Source: Candidatus Saccharimonadales bacterium
GTDB lineage: Bacteria; Patescibacteriota; Saccharimonadia; Saccharimonadales; OMJO01
Assembly (NCBI GenBank): GCA_035480035.1
Contig: DATIID010000008.1
Coordinates: forward strand, 74,401-138,400
Direction of reading: 5' to 3'
Length of the DNA stretch: 64,000 bases
Shown here: piece after piece, positions 46,052 to 55,897 of the stretch
How positions within the stretch are numbered: the first letter of the stretch is position 1
Layout of the letters: the number at the start of each line of letters is the position of its first letter
The notes under the pieces: model-generated
Database searches by the model: none
What the model saw: the letters and a program-made list of their open reading frames with translations, nothing else
What the model was told of the DNA's origin: nothing
Translations under genes and position numbers: made by a program

Positions 46052-46852
46052 ATGAAACACATATTTTCGAACAAAAATCGAGCTTTATTGAGTGAATTAG
46101 TCCGGACTGACTTTAAACTACGCTACCAAAACTCAGTGCTCGGCTATGCTTGGTCGCTACTTCGGCCGCTGTTACTGTTCGTAATTCTGTACGTGGTATT
46201 TGTTAAATTTTTAAAACTTGGCAATGATATACCCCACTATCCGGTCTACCTATTGCTCGGGATAGTTATATGGAATTTCTTCGTTGAAATGACCGTCCAA
46301 AGCTTAGGCTCGATTGTTGTGAGGGGTGACCTGATCCGCAAAATTAGAATACCGCGATGGATAATCATACTGTCCAGCAGTATATCGGCTCTAATTAACT
46401 TGTCGCTCAATCTTATTATCGTGGCGGTTTTTATGTTAATTAACCATGTCAATCTAATGATGACCGGCTTGCTGTTGCCACTAATCTTGTTAGAGGTCTA
46501 TGTGTTTGCCCTAGGACTATCGCTTTTTTTGTCTGCAGCTTTTGTTAGGTTTCGCGACATGAGCTACATTTGGGACGTACTACTTCAAGCTGGTTTTTAT
46601 TTGACGCCAATTTTATATCCAGTCTCGCGGATAGCCAATCCCACTTTGAAAAAATTGCTGTTCATTAATCCAATGGGTCAAGCTATCCAAGACGCCCGCT
46701 ACGCTTTAGTTACCCATCAAACCATTACTATCCACCATATTTTTAATGGCAGCTGGCATCAACTAATCCCGTTCTTGTTTACGCTCATAGCTCTAATTGT
46801 TGGTGTAATTTACTTCAAGCATGAATCTAAATACTTCGCGGAGAATATTTAG
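46052..46852 (+). CDS. wzm: ABC-2 type polysaccharide export permease (Wzm/TagG/KpsM-like)
   Basis: 266 aa, 6 TM; N-terminal LVRTDFKLRYQNSVLGYAWSLLRP signature of glycan ABC exporter permeases. Confidence 0.7.
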   Translation: MKHIFSNKNRALLSELVRTDFKLRYQNSVLGYAWSLLRPLLLFVILYVVFVKFLKLGNDIPHYPVYLLLGIVIWNFFVEMTVQSLGSIVVRGDLIRKIRIPRWIIILSSSISALINLSLNLIIVAVFMLINHVNLMMTGLLLPLILLEVYVFALGLSLFLSAAFVRFRDMSYIWDVLLQAGFYLTPILYPVSRIANPTLKKLLFINPMGQAIQDARYALVTHQTITIHHIFNGSWHQLIPFLFTLIALIVGVIYFKHESKYFAENI

Positions 46853-48028
46853 ATGGATGAAAGTGTCGCCATCAAGGTAGACAATGTCAGCAAGACATTT
46901 AAACTACCGCACGAAAAAACCACGTCACTTAAAAGCCTGCTAATTAACTTTAGAAAACGTCGGACATTTGAACTGCAAGAGGCTTTGAAGGAAGTTTCTT
47001 TTGAAGTAAAAAAAGGAGAATTTTTTGGGATTGTCGGTCGTAATGGTAGCGGCAAAAGCACTCTACTTAAGTTATTGGCTGGCATTTATACACCAACCAG
47101 TGGCCAGATCCAAGTCAATGGCCAGTTGACACCGTTTATTGAACTAGGCGTTGGTTTTAGCCCAGAGCTTACCGGCCGCGAGAATGTTTTTTTAAACGGC
47201 GCACTACTTGGCTTTAACCGAACGCAAATGGATGGGATGTACGAATCAATTGTTAAGTTCGCTGAGATCGAAAGATTTATGGACCAAAAGCTCAAGAATT
47301 ATTCATCGGGAATGCAGGTACGCTTAGCTTTCTCGATAGCCATTAGAGCCAACACCGACATCTTAATCCTCGATGAAGTATTGGCGGTTGGCGATGAATC
47401 TTTCCAAAAGAAATGCCTCGACTATTTTCGAAAATTAAAAAAGCAGCACCAAACTGTGGTGTTGGTGTCGCACGATATGAAAACCGTTGAAAAGTTTTGT
47501 GACCGCGCAATATTAATTGACAGTGGAGAGCTAATCCACGAAGGTAATGCCCAAATTATTTCTGCCGAGTATAGTCAGCTTAATTTAACCAATGATACTG
47601 CTCCAATCAGCCAAGATTCTGAACCTACTAGCGCTAAAATCCTAGATGTAAAAATTAATGGCAAGAAATCGTTAATCATGCACAAACATGAACTTTTAGA
47701 GTTAGAAATCACGTATAAAGCCCTAAAGGATGTGCCAGTTGCGCCATCAATGTCAGTAATCAAATCAGACGGCAATTTTCTTGCAAACTTTAACACTAGA
47801 GGCGATGATAATATCAAAATCACTAAAGCGGGTGAAACTAAAAAGCTCGTCTGCAAATTTAAGTCTGACCAGTTTTTAGCTGGCACATATGGTGTTGCCG
47901 TGGCCATCTACGAAGGTGAGATATATCTGGACAGAAGTTATAATGCTGTTCAGTTTACGATAGCTATGGCTGAAGATACCAAAAAGCAAGGAAGCTTTAA
48001 TCTTGACGGTAGTTGGCACTTTTACTGA
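46853..48028 (+). CDS. wzt: Polysaccharide ABC exporter ATP-binding protein (Wzt/TagH-like) with C-terminal extension (possible carbohydrate-binding domain)
   Basis: Walker A GRNGSGKST; signature SSGMQVRLAFS; Walker B ILILDE; about 150-aa extra C-terminal beta-rich domain. Confidence 0.7.
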   Translation: MDESVAIKVDNVSKTFKLPHEKTTSLKSLLINFRKRRTFELQEALKEVSFEVKKGEFFGIVGRNGSGKSTLLKLLAGIYTPTSGQIQVNGQLTPFIELGVGFSPELTGRENVFLNGALLGFNRTQMDGMYESIVKFAEIERFMDQKLKNYSSGMQVRLAFSIAIRANTDILILDEVLAVGDESFQKKCLDYFRKLKKQHQTVVLVSHDMKTVEKFCDRAILIDSGELIHEGNAQIISAEYSQLNLTNDTAPISQDSEPTSAKILDVKINGKKSLIMHKHELLELEITYKALKDVPVAPSMSVIKSDGNFLANFNTRGDDNIKITKAGETKKLVCKFKSDQFLAGTYGVAVAIYEGEIYLDRSYNAVQFTIAMAEDTKKQGSFNLDGSWHFY

Positions 48029-49029
48029 TCACGTTTTCTCCCGACTTTTTTATATAGTGATCGGGTGTTGCGGATTAATTTAACCGGCATGAGCCGATGT
48101 ATACGGTTTATATAATCATTAAGACTTTGGTTGGCGGTTCTTAAATTCTCAATGTCAATTTTTAAGCTAGCTAATTCATTGGCGTGATCGGCGCGTTCCA
48201 GTTCCAGTTTGTCTATTAAAAATACAGCCGGCTTATCAACTTGATTAGTTATCTGTTTTTGAATCGGCCCATCACCCGAATAGCCGACACTAAAGTGCGT
48301 TTGAAAACTAAATTCACTCTTCAAGGTTTTAGCCAGATTCTTGTTTAAGATCGATGATATCTCGGGCTGTTTAAGCCAAGCTGTCGGCACGACAAAATTC
48401 ACAGCCAACTTGGTAAGCTCATGATTTTTACTAAGTAGCTCAAATATCTGATTGTAACGTTGCAGGTAGCTGAGCAAAAAACGACACTTTACCATGTCGA
48501 CCGGCAACGGAAAGTCGAAAGTGAATTCATAATCGATGAGATAGGTTTTATCACCCACCTGGATGAGGTTATCTAGATTGTAATCCAAATAACCAAGCTC
48601 AAGTGCTTGATATTGCCCAGCCCAAGCACTGCCAAACACTTTTATAAATTCGGAGTTTGAGCTAAAGTCCTGGGTGGACTTTTTTTGCATGTCAATTAAC
48701 TTTAAAACTTTAAGCAAAAGCTCCAGGCAAACCTCCCACTTATCATCAAGTAAGTTTTGTCTAAACTTATCATCAAGCAACTCGCCTTCGATAAAAGGCG
48801 TAACTACCTTACCGTCAACAAACTTAGACTTTATGACTAAAACACCCTTTAGGTCTTGAGCTAGCTTTTGTTCTTTAGCCGGATAAGCTTCAAGGAATTT
48901 TTTAGCATCTGGATGGGCGGCAGTTTTTTCAACCCAGCGCTTGCCTTCAGATTCAACAATAGTTGTAGTTACACGACAGATCGGCTTACGCGAAATTGAA
49001 GTTCGGCTATATAGAATTTTCCGGCTCAT
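48022..49029 (-). CDS. Kinase-like protein with C-terminal coiled coil (WbdD-like kinase/ruler module, tentative)
   Basis: LDYNLDNLI and YLIDYEF segments resemble the catalytic HxDxxxxN and IDxE motifs of APH/Kdo/WbdD-type kinases; C-terminal heptad-like LELERADHANELASLKIDIENLRTANQSLNDYINRI; start overlaps the upstream methyltransferase stop by 4 nt. Confidence 0.35.
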   Translation of the reverse strand: MSRKILYSRTSISRKPICRVTTTIVESEGKRWVEKTAAHPDAKKFLEAYPAKEQKLAQDLKGVLVIKSKFVDGKVVTPFIEGELLDDKFRQNLLDDKWEVCLELLLKVLKLIDMQKKSTQDFSSNSEFIKVFGSAWAGQYQALELGYLDYNLDNLIQVGDKTYLIDYEFTFDFPLPVDMVKCRFLLSYLQRYNQIFELLSKNHELTKLAVNFVVPTAWLKQPEISSILNKNLAKTLKSEFSFQTHFSVGYSGDGPIQKQITNQVDKPAVFLIDKLELERADHANELASLKIDIENLRTANQSLNDYINRIHRLMPVKLIRNTRSLYKKVGRKRDQ

Positions 49030-49973
49030 GCCAGTACCGCCTCAATTAGAAATGAGTTGGCAAACTCTCGGAATAGTCCACCATGTTCAATAGTAGTCAT
49101 GGCCAGCGATTCGGAGAAAAGTTGTTCGGTTGGCCGGTCGGTATCTGGTGAAGGCAAAAGTTCAATCGGAAAACTTGTGCCATGACCGGGATAATAATCG
49201 TCTGAGTAAACGAAAAACGGTGTTTTATAATCCGGATAAGGATAATACATATTCGTAGTCTTTAAGCCGCAACTACTTAGCAAATCAATAATTTCGTGTC
49301 GGCTATAAGTACGAACTTTTTTATCAGTAAAACGATAATCATTAATCCCATCAAACGGCTGGCCGGTATGATCTTCATTAGCACCCCGCCAATATTTGAG
49401 GCCAAACTTATTCTCGATAGCAATAAGAATTCGACCATTTGGTTTGAGGCTTTTCTTAACCTGTTCTAAAAACTGCACTGAGGGTACCGAACCTGAAATG
49501 TAAGACGGTGCATATTCCAAAACACCAACACAGATTGCGACATCATGCTTGTCGGTTGTAGACAGATCCTCTAAATTACCGCAGATAACCCTTAAGTTAT
49601 TTGATTGCTGATGGCGGGTAGCGGTAATGAGGGCTCGTCGCTTGGTTAATTCTAAGGCTGTCACATGGCGGCTTTTAGTAATTAGCGTTTCGGTAATGGC
49701 ACCACAACCAGCGCCAATTTCTAAAACTTTTTCATTCTCGCCAATCGGATACCAGTTTAGCAATGTACCCCTGGAATAGGACAGGTGGTAATAAAGTGGC
49801 CATGACGGATGGCTTGCCAGGATTTTTAAGCGAGCTTGTTCTGGATTTTTACTTCTAAACAACTGTAAAATTTGATCCTCGACATCCCCGTCACTGTAAT
49901 CTTCGGACAATTTTTTGCCTAAAGATAGTAGCTCAACATTACCAATTTTTTGGCTGCCAATCGCTTGCTTCAC
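49026..49973 (-). CDS. Class I SAM-dependent methyltransferase (WbdD-like methyltransferase module)
   Basis: Motif I VLEIGAGCGAITE; 315 aa. Confidence 0.6.
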   Translation of the reverse strand: MKQAIGSQKIGNVELLSLGKKLSEDYSDGDVEDQILQLFRSKNPEQARLKILASHPSWPLYYHLSYSRGTLLNWYPIGENEKVLEIGAGCGAITETLITKSRHVTALELTKRRALITATRHQQSNNLRVICGNLEDLSTTDKHDVAICVGVLEYAPSYISGSVPSVQFLEQVKKSLKPNGRILIAIENKFGLKYWRGANEDHTGQPFDGINDYRFTDKKVRTYSRHEIIDLLSSCGLKTTNMYYPYPDYKTPFFVYSDDYYPGHGTSFPIELLPSPDTDRPTEQLFSESLAMTTIEHGGLFREFANSFLIEAVLA

Positions 49974-50006
49974 ACCGGTTATTATATAGTAGTTTAACGA
50001 CGGTCG

Positions 50007-52577
50007 TTATTTAATAGATTCGATTTGCAGTAAATATTTGCTACTGCCAAACGGCGCAATAATTTTTTGGGAAGCTTGACCCATATGTTGGAGGTCTTGA
50101 TTGGACGACGCTTTTTTATTTAGTAATTTTTCAATGATGCTAGCAAATTGGTTGATGTTGGTGTGGTCGATAAAGTAGCCATTCTCGCCGTCAATTAGTT
50201 GTTCTTCCATACCGGAGCTGTTATTGCGAAGCACCACATGGCCCATAAACATGCCCTCGGCAATATACAATCCAAAAGTTTCATTTAATGAGCAGCAGAT
50301 CACCGCATTGCACTTGGCGGTAACCATCATGGCTTCATCCTTTGGAATAGAAGGATAGTAAACAATATGGTTTTTTAAGAGCGAATCACCAACCCAATGA
50401 ATTTGCTGCGATATATAATCCTGGCCAATCGATACCAGATGCAATTTAAAGTTACGATAGGCTGACTTATCCTTTTGATAATATTTTTGGTAGAAGTCAT
50501 AAAACGCCGACAGGGCTAACAACTGGCCCTTTCGTCCATCTGATGGTGTGCCGGAAATCAAGAAATTAAGCTCTTCATAATCACTAACTGGCCGTGGCTT
50601 TTGGTACTTTTCATCAACTTCGACGTGCAAATTAACGGCCTGAACCTTAGCTGTATCAAGCAAATCATCGTATTCCTGCTTGGTTCGCCGAGACGGTGTC
50701 ATAATAGTCAGCTTGTTCTCCTTAATAAGTTTGTTAACGTTTCTGAGGTTTGGTTTGTCTAAAAACTCCCTATGAATAATCGGTATTTGAGCAAGGTCCT
50801 CATGAATGAACCAGTAAGCGTGACCTAACCGGCCATTTTTGAGCCACAAAAATATAAAATCACGATAATTATCCAAGACCGCCACCGTATTCATGAGAAC
50901 AAAGTCATTTTTACCAAGCCCTAATTGCAAACGAATAAAGTGAAAACCAACACCGGCCACGGCTTTTTCATAGCGCACACCAAGCTCACTTAAAAACCTG
51001 AGTTGATGGGCAGTTATTTCGGGCGCCAAGACCAAAACATTTTGACCGCCGTATTTTTTGGCGTACTCCTCGATGACTTGCAATAAAACAAGAGGTGCCC
51101 CAGTGTTATCAAACGGATGCCCGATGAATATATAGCGACGTTTATGCGGCGGGGACTTACGTTTATTAATTTGAGTTTTGGCAATGCCGGCTGCTAATCG
51201 GGCGGAGCGCATCACACCTTTGCTGCGAACTTTTGATACGATTCGTGGTGTAATATCAATAATTTTAGTAAGCTTACTGGTCTTTAACGGTTGCGAACTA
51301 GGTGGGGTGATTAAGGGTTCGTTGAAGCCCAAGCTTCGGCGATACTCCATTTCAGCATGATACGGTGTTGTTCCGCTGCCAATGTCTGTGGCTAACTTGT
51401 TAGTTATGTAGTGCCACTCGTACTTTGGCTTAATCTTGATAATGGCTTTTCGGATATCGGCCAGCTTTGCTTGATGCTTAAACAAATCGTCAACTGTCGA
51501 CACGATGGCCTTGGCCGTTAATTCCGGTAGCCGAATGGCAGCTTGCTTTTCAATTAGCTCGTCACTGAGCGGATCGCCACCATTGGTTAGGATGGCCAGT
51601 TCGCCCCAAACGTAATCCATCACACGAGTTCGCCAAGAATATTTATTTTCTTCACCTGGCTTATTTAGGCTAATCACTACGTCGGCGTGTTTGTACCAAT
51701 TAATTCGATGATCAAAATTCACCCAATCGACGAAAAACATCGATTTATTTGTGAGTTTATGTTCATTAGCGAAGGCTACGGCTTTGTCGTATTGTTTAAA
51801 GAAATCTGGGTTGGGATTGAAAGGATTCTTACCACCCACAAACACAAATTTGATAGTCTGATTTTGGGACAAGGTTTTAATGGCTTCAAGCAATTCCTCA
51901 ACATGAAACCATGGATACAAACCACCAAACCACAAGACCGTGAAATCCTTATCGGTTATACCTAAGTTTTGATAAGGATTACTGGTGGCGTTGGCCGCCA
52001 ATTCGTGAATACCGAATGGGACTATCAAAATGCGGTCTTCGCGATAAGACCGGGGATTGAGGATGCCGAGGCTCGACAGTACGCCGACATAAAAAACTTT
52101 CTGAGCTTCATTGGCGCACAGAAAAAGGTCACCGCGCTTGAGGACCTTGTTAAACCTAGTAATATCGCCCATGTAAGCGGTGTATTCAGTATCAATATCT
52201 TTTGATTCACGGGCCGATACCTCGACATAAATCGGCACGTAAGCATCCAAAATTAACTGTACGTTATCATTAATATTGTCGACAACGAAAACTGAAGGGT
52301 CGCCCATGCAATAACTCATCAAAACCGTATCGTAGGTGTTGATAAGCTGAGCGAACTGATTATCCAAGCTCCAATTTATTAACCGAACACCTTCATGTTC
52401 TTGAATTTCTTGCGGAAAAGAATTGTTGACCGCCACTACCACATCCACACCATTGGCCTTAAGACCTTTGGCTAAACCCCAAACCCGCATACCGCCGCCT
52501 TCAACGGTTTGATACTGTGGTGTTGGTACGGGACCGTAAGTAATCAGCAAACACGATTTTGTCTTTGTTTCAGACAT
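50007..52577 (-). CDS. Large multi-domain GT4 glycosyltransferase (WbdA-like tandem glycosyltransferase)
   Basis: 856 aa; two Rossmann-type GT-B modules; C-terminal GT4 motif NETFGLYIAEGMFMGHVVL. Confidence 0.55.
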   Translation of the reverse strand: MSETKTKSCLLITYGPVPTPQYQTVEGGGMRVWGLAKGLKANGVDVVVAVNNSFPQEIQEHEGVRLINWSLDNQFAQLINTYDTVLMSYCMGDPSVFVVDNINDNVQLILDAYVPIYVEVSARESKDIDTEYTAYMGDITRFNKVLKRGDLFLCANEAQKVFYVGVLSSLGILNPRSYREDRILIVPFGIHELAANATSNPYQNLGITDKDFTVLWFGGLYPWFHVEELLEAIKTLSQNQTIKFVFVGGKNPFNPNPDFFKQYDKAVAFANEHKLTNKSMFFVDWVNFDHRINWYKHADVVISLNKPGEENKYSWRTRVMDYVWGELAILTNGGDPLSDELIEKQAAIRLPELTAKAIVSTVDDLFKHQAKLADIRKAIIKIKPKYEWHYITNKLATDIGSGTTPYHAEMEYRRSLGFNEPLITPPSSQPLKTSKLTKIIDITPRIVSKVRSKGVMRSARLAAGIAKTQINKRKSPPHKRRYIFIGHPFDNTGAPLVLLQVIEEYAKKYGGQNVLVLAPEITAHQLRFLSELGVRYEKAVAGVGFHFIRLQLGLGKNDFVLMNTVAVLDNYRDFIFLWLKNGRLGHAYWFIHEDLAQIPIIHREFLDKPNLRNVNKLIKENKLTIMTPSRRTKQEYDDLLDTAKVQAVNLHVEVDEKYQKPRPVSDYEELNFLISGTPSDGRKGQLLALSAFYDFYQKYYQKDKSAYRNFKLHLVSIGQDYISQQIHWVGDSLLKNHIVYYPSIPKDEAMMVTAKCNAVICCSLNETFGLYIAEGMFMGHVVLRNNSSGMEEQLIDGENGYFIDHTNINQFASIIEKLLNKKASSNQDLQHMGQASQKIIAPFGSSKYLLQIESIK

Positions 52578-52679
52578 ATAGTTTATGATACCAATAAGAG
52601 GTGAGCGTTGCTAGAGCGTCACTTAAAACTCAGTAAACACATTAAAAGTCTCGACACGTTATTTGTTAACATGAGTTAA

Positions 52680-54185
52680 GTGAAAAGCGCAAAAGATAAT
52701 CAACTGTTGAGTAAACTTGTTTTAATAACTCAGCGACCTATTTTTTGGTTACCAATATTTTTAGTATTTTTATTAGTCAGAAATTGGCAAGTATTCTTAT
52801 TAACTGATCTTCATGATGGTTACGGTGTAAAAACTTTTATTGTTTCGAGCGGTTTAAATTATCCGGGTCTAAAAGCGTACATCCACCGTTATGCTCTGCA
52901 ATCATATGGCGGCCATTTTATACCGTTATGGTTCGCTATTTTCTGGTTACTCATATATTTGTTTGATTCAAATCCATATGTACTTGGCCTACTTTCTTTT
53001 GCTTTTGCAGCCTGGCTTCTTTACTTGATTTATCGGCTATGCTTACACTTTTTTGATTCTCATCGTAATGGTCACCTATATGCTCTGTTAGCGGCAATGA
53101 TTTTCTCAAGTTCTGGTTTCTTTCTTGAGGCTATTGCATGGAAATGGATGCTCGGTTTAGTAATATCGACGGCATTCTTTTGTCAGGCGCTGTTAATTCT
53201 GTTGCGCCAGAAACACTCCAAGATCTGGCTAGCAATCTATTCGATTTTACTTTTAGGCTCGGTTTGGACCTTTGGCACTTCTTGGATGCTATGTTGGGGC
53301 CTTGTCATATTTTTGTTATTACAACGTCAAAAGAAACTTCAAAACTACTTGTTTTCAACAATAGCAGTGTCTGTCGTCGCCACAATTACAACCTTAATTG
53401 CTAATCGTCACATTGTGTCTCATCTAAATCCCGTCTTCATACTTACAAACCTTCCGGCAGTGGCCTTAATGGCAGCTGTTAATACGCTTTTGCAGATGTT
53501 TGGAGTATTTAGATTGGGCGGCGTTCAACATCTATACATTAGTTCGGCTTTAGCTATCACAATTCTGCTGGCTCTCGTTGTGTATTACTATGATCGCCAC
53601 AAGCACAATAATTTATCACAAAAAGACCAACTAGTTATTTCGCTGATTTTAGCTTACCTAGCAATTATCACGCTAAGTCTTATGAGATTGATGCCAGTTA
53701 CTGGCATAAGCCCAATCAGCTCACCCGAAAACTTTATCATTGGTGATAGGTACATGTTTGTTTATTCAATACCACTTTTTATAGCCCTATTTGTGACAGC
53801 TGGTAAAAAGATGATGAACTTACCAAAACTTATTCTTTACATACTAATCGGTGGAGCTATTATTTACGGTGTAGAAATTCAAATAAATTACTCCAAAATA
53901 GACCCTGTTATTGCCAATCACCACCGTACAGAGTTCTATAATCTTGAACCCAAGGCTTTGTTAGAAGCACAGGATCAAGGTCTAAAATTACCAGATATTG
54001 ATGGTGATCTTTTTGGCTCGACCCAAAGATTAAGTCGGTCGGTCAAAATCCGAAAAGATTATGCCAAATACAATCCGCAATTCGTTAGTCCAAAATCATT
54101 AACTACATCTAATTGTTTGGCTATTCATAAATCCAAAGACCTAGATAATTGGCTAAACTTGTATAGCAGTCAATGGTGCAATTAA
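52680..54185 (+). CDS. Polytopic membrane protein, possible GT-C glycosyltransferase
   Basis: 501 aa, about 12 TM helices, no soluble domain recognised. Confidence 0.35.
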   Translation: MKSAKDNQLLSKLVLITQRPIFWLPIFLVFLLVRNWQVFLLTDLHDGYGVKTFIVSSGLNYPGLKAYIHRYALQSYGGHFIPLWFAIFWLLIYLFDSNPYVLGLLSFAFAAWLLYLIYRLCLHFFDSHRNGHLYALLAAMIFSSSGFFLEAIAWKWMLGLVISTAFFCQALLILLRQKHSKIWLAIYSILLLGSVWTFGTSWMLCWGLVIFLLLQRQKKLQNYLFSTIAVSVVATITTLIANRHIVSHLNPVFILTNLPAVALMAAVNTLLQMFGVFRLGGVQHLYISSALAITILLALVVYYYDRHKHNNLSQKDQLVISLILAYLAIITLSLMRLMPVTGISPISSPENFIIGDRYMFVYSIPLFIALFVTAGKKMMNLPKLILYILIGGAIIYGVEIQINYSKIDPVIANHHRTEFYNLEPKALLEAQDQGLKLPDIDGDLFGSTQRLSRSVKIRKDYAKYNPQFVSPKSLTTSNCLAIHKSKDLDNWLNLYSSQWCN

Positions 54186-54193
54186 ACCCACGA

Positions 54194-55897
54194 TTAGTAT
54201 GAACTAATAAGACCGTATTGTTTTAGTAGTTTGGCGTTTAGGGTTTGCACTGTTGGTATATCGGTCGATAGCCCATACTGATAGTCACCAACGGCTCGTA
54301 CATGCCAAAAGCCATCACTTGGACGATAAACTGCAATGTCGGTTTTACCATCGCCGTTAAAGTCGCTCAAAACAGGTATGTCACCCGACTTACCATAATT
54401 AAAATCACCAACTGCCCGAATGTGCCAGGCACCAGTGCTTGGCCTAAATACCGCGACGTCAGTTTTACTATCGCCGTTGTAATCCCCAGGTACTGGAATG
54501 TCGGTTGACCAACCAAACGCGTAAGTTCCGACGTTACGAATCCGCCAGCCGCCATCAGCTGGCCGATACACACTAATGTCGGTTTTCTTATCGCCATTGT
54601 AATCACCTGGCACCGGGATATCACCCGACCGACCGTACATAAAATCACCAACCGCTCGAATGTGCCAGTAACCTTGACTTGGCCGCCACACGGCGATGTC
54701 CGTCTTGCCATCACCGTTATAGTCGCCGGGCACAGGTATGTCACCAGCTTGACCGTAGCTGAAATCACCAACCCCTCGAATGTGCCACACACCTTGGCTC
54801 GGTCTAAAAACAGCGATGTCCGTTTTACCGTCACCATTGTAATCACCAGGGACTGGGATATCACCGTTTTGGCCGAAACCGACGTCGCCATACGCCCGAA
54901 TGTGCCAACAGCCATTACTAGGTCTGAAGACTGACGGGTCAGCTCGACTATCACCCGTATAGTCACCGATGACTCGACGACCAGTCGACTGGCTATTGTA
55001 AGGATCACTACCACATATATTTACAGGCGAGCCGAACCAGTTGAGAAAAGTATTATAAAAACTCTGGTTACCACTGATGCTGGGAATATAAAAATAGCGG
55101 GCAGCCGTCGCGCCGTTAGTCATGGTCAGGGTCGTTCCGCCAACCGTGTATGTCCCATCATAATAAATAGACGAACTACTAGCTGAACGTTTGCGATATC
55201 CTTGCGTCATCGGCCCCCCATAATAAATGTTCTCATCGCCAGGATCATGCCCAGGATAACCGGTGAGTAGGCCATACGCCCGTTCTTGTCCAAAACGCTC
55301 CAACCAAGTGGCCGATAAAAGCTGCAAACTGAAACCTTCATAAGTCGCGTCACAATTGCCGGCGTCACATTGATTGCTCATGGCGATAGTTACGCAACCA
55401 CCGGCATACGGGCAAGCTGTGGTGCAGGTGTGCGAACCACCATTGCGCCACAGGTCACAAGTGTATGTATTGGATGGATTGGGTGTGTTGTAGTGACATC
55501 CTGCCGATCCGGTTACGACCGCTTGCTCGTATTGGAGTGTGGATAATATAACTTGCGGGTTAATATGATAAATTTGCGCCGTGTGGTATATGGCAGTGCC
55601 GGCAGTAACGTTTCCGCCGAACGTATATCCATGGTTTGTCCCTACTGAAGCCGACCAACCAGTCGGATCTGGTGTTGTGAAACCGTGGTTAGTGCTTAAA
55701 CAGCTTTGTGGCATTGAATTAAGAAAGCTATCAATCTGGCTAGCATTCATGGTGCCAGTATTTTCATAAGTACTATCTTCAATCACGTGGCTAGGATTGA
55801 AAGCAGCCTGTGCTGTTTTGTTTTGAATCAAAACGCCAGTCACCATCGAAATTAAAAATAAACAAACTATCGCAATAGTGCGGATGTTTTTTTTCAT
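54194..55897 (-). CDS. Secreted FG-GAP/integrin-alpha-like beta-propeller repeat protein with Cys-rich N-terminal domain
   Basis: Signal peptide; about seven 40-aa repeats [33 protein letters not shown], each with the DxNxDGxxD Ca-binding-type FG-GAP motif. Confidence 0.6.
   Translation of the reverse strand: [567 protein letters not shown]
54240..54975. repeat. Tandem ~120-bp near-identical DNA repeats (about 7 copies) encoding the FG-GAP blades
   Basis: Repeated nucleotide blocks (e.g. gtaatcacc...gggatatcacc...cgaatgtgccag) visible by eye; also generate long antisense ORFs. Confidence 0.6.

Noticed and set aside
54367-55014. 215-aa minus-strand ORF (and the 54662-54934 / 54302-54508 plus-strand ORFs) inside the FG-GAP gene
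   Set aside because: Alternative-frame and antisense ORFs created by the tandem DNA repeats. The in-frame FG-GAP repeat protein with signal peptide is the coherent reading.
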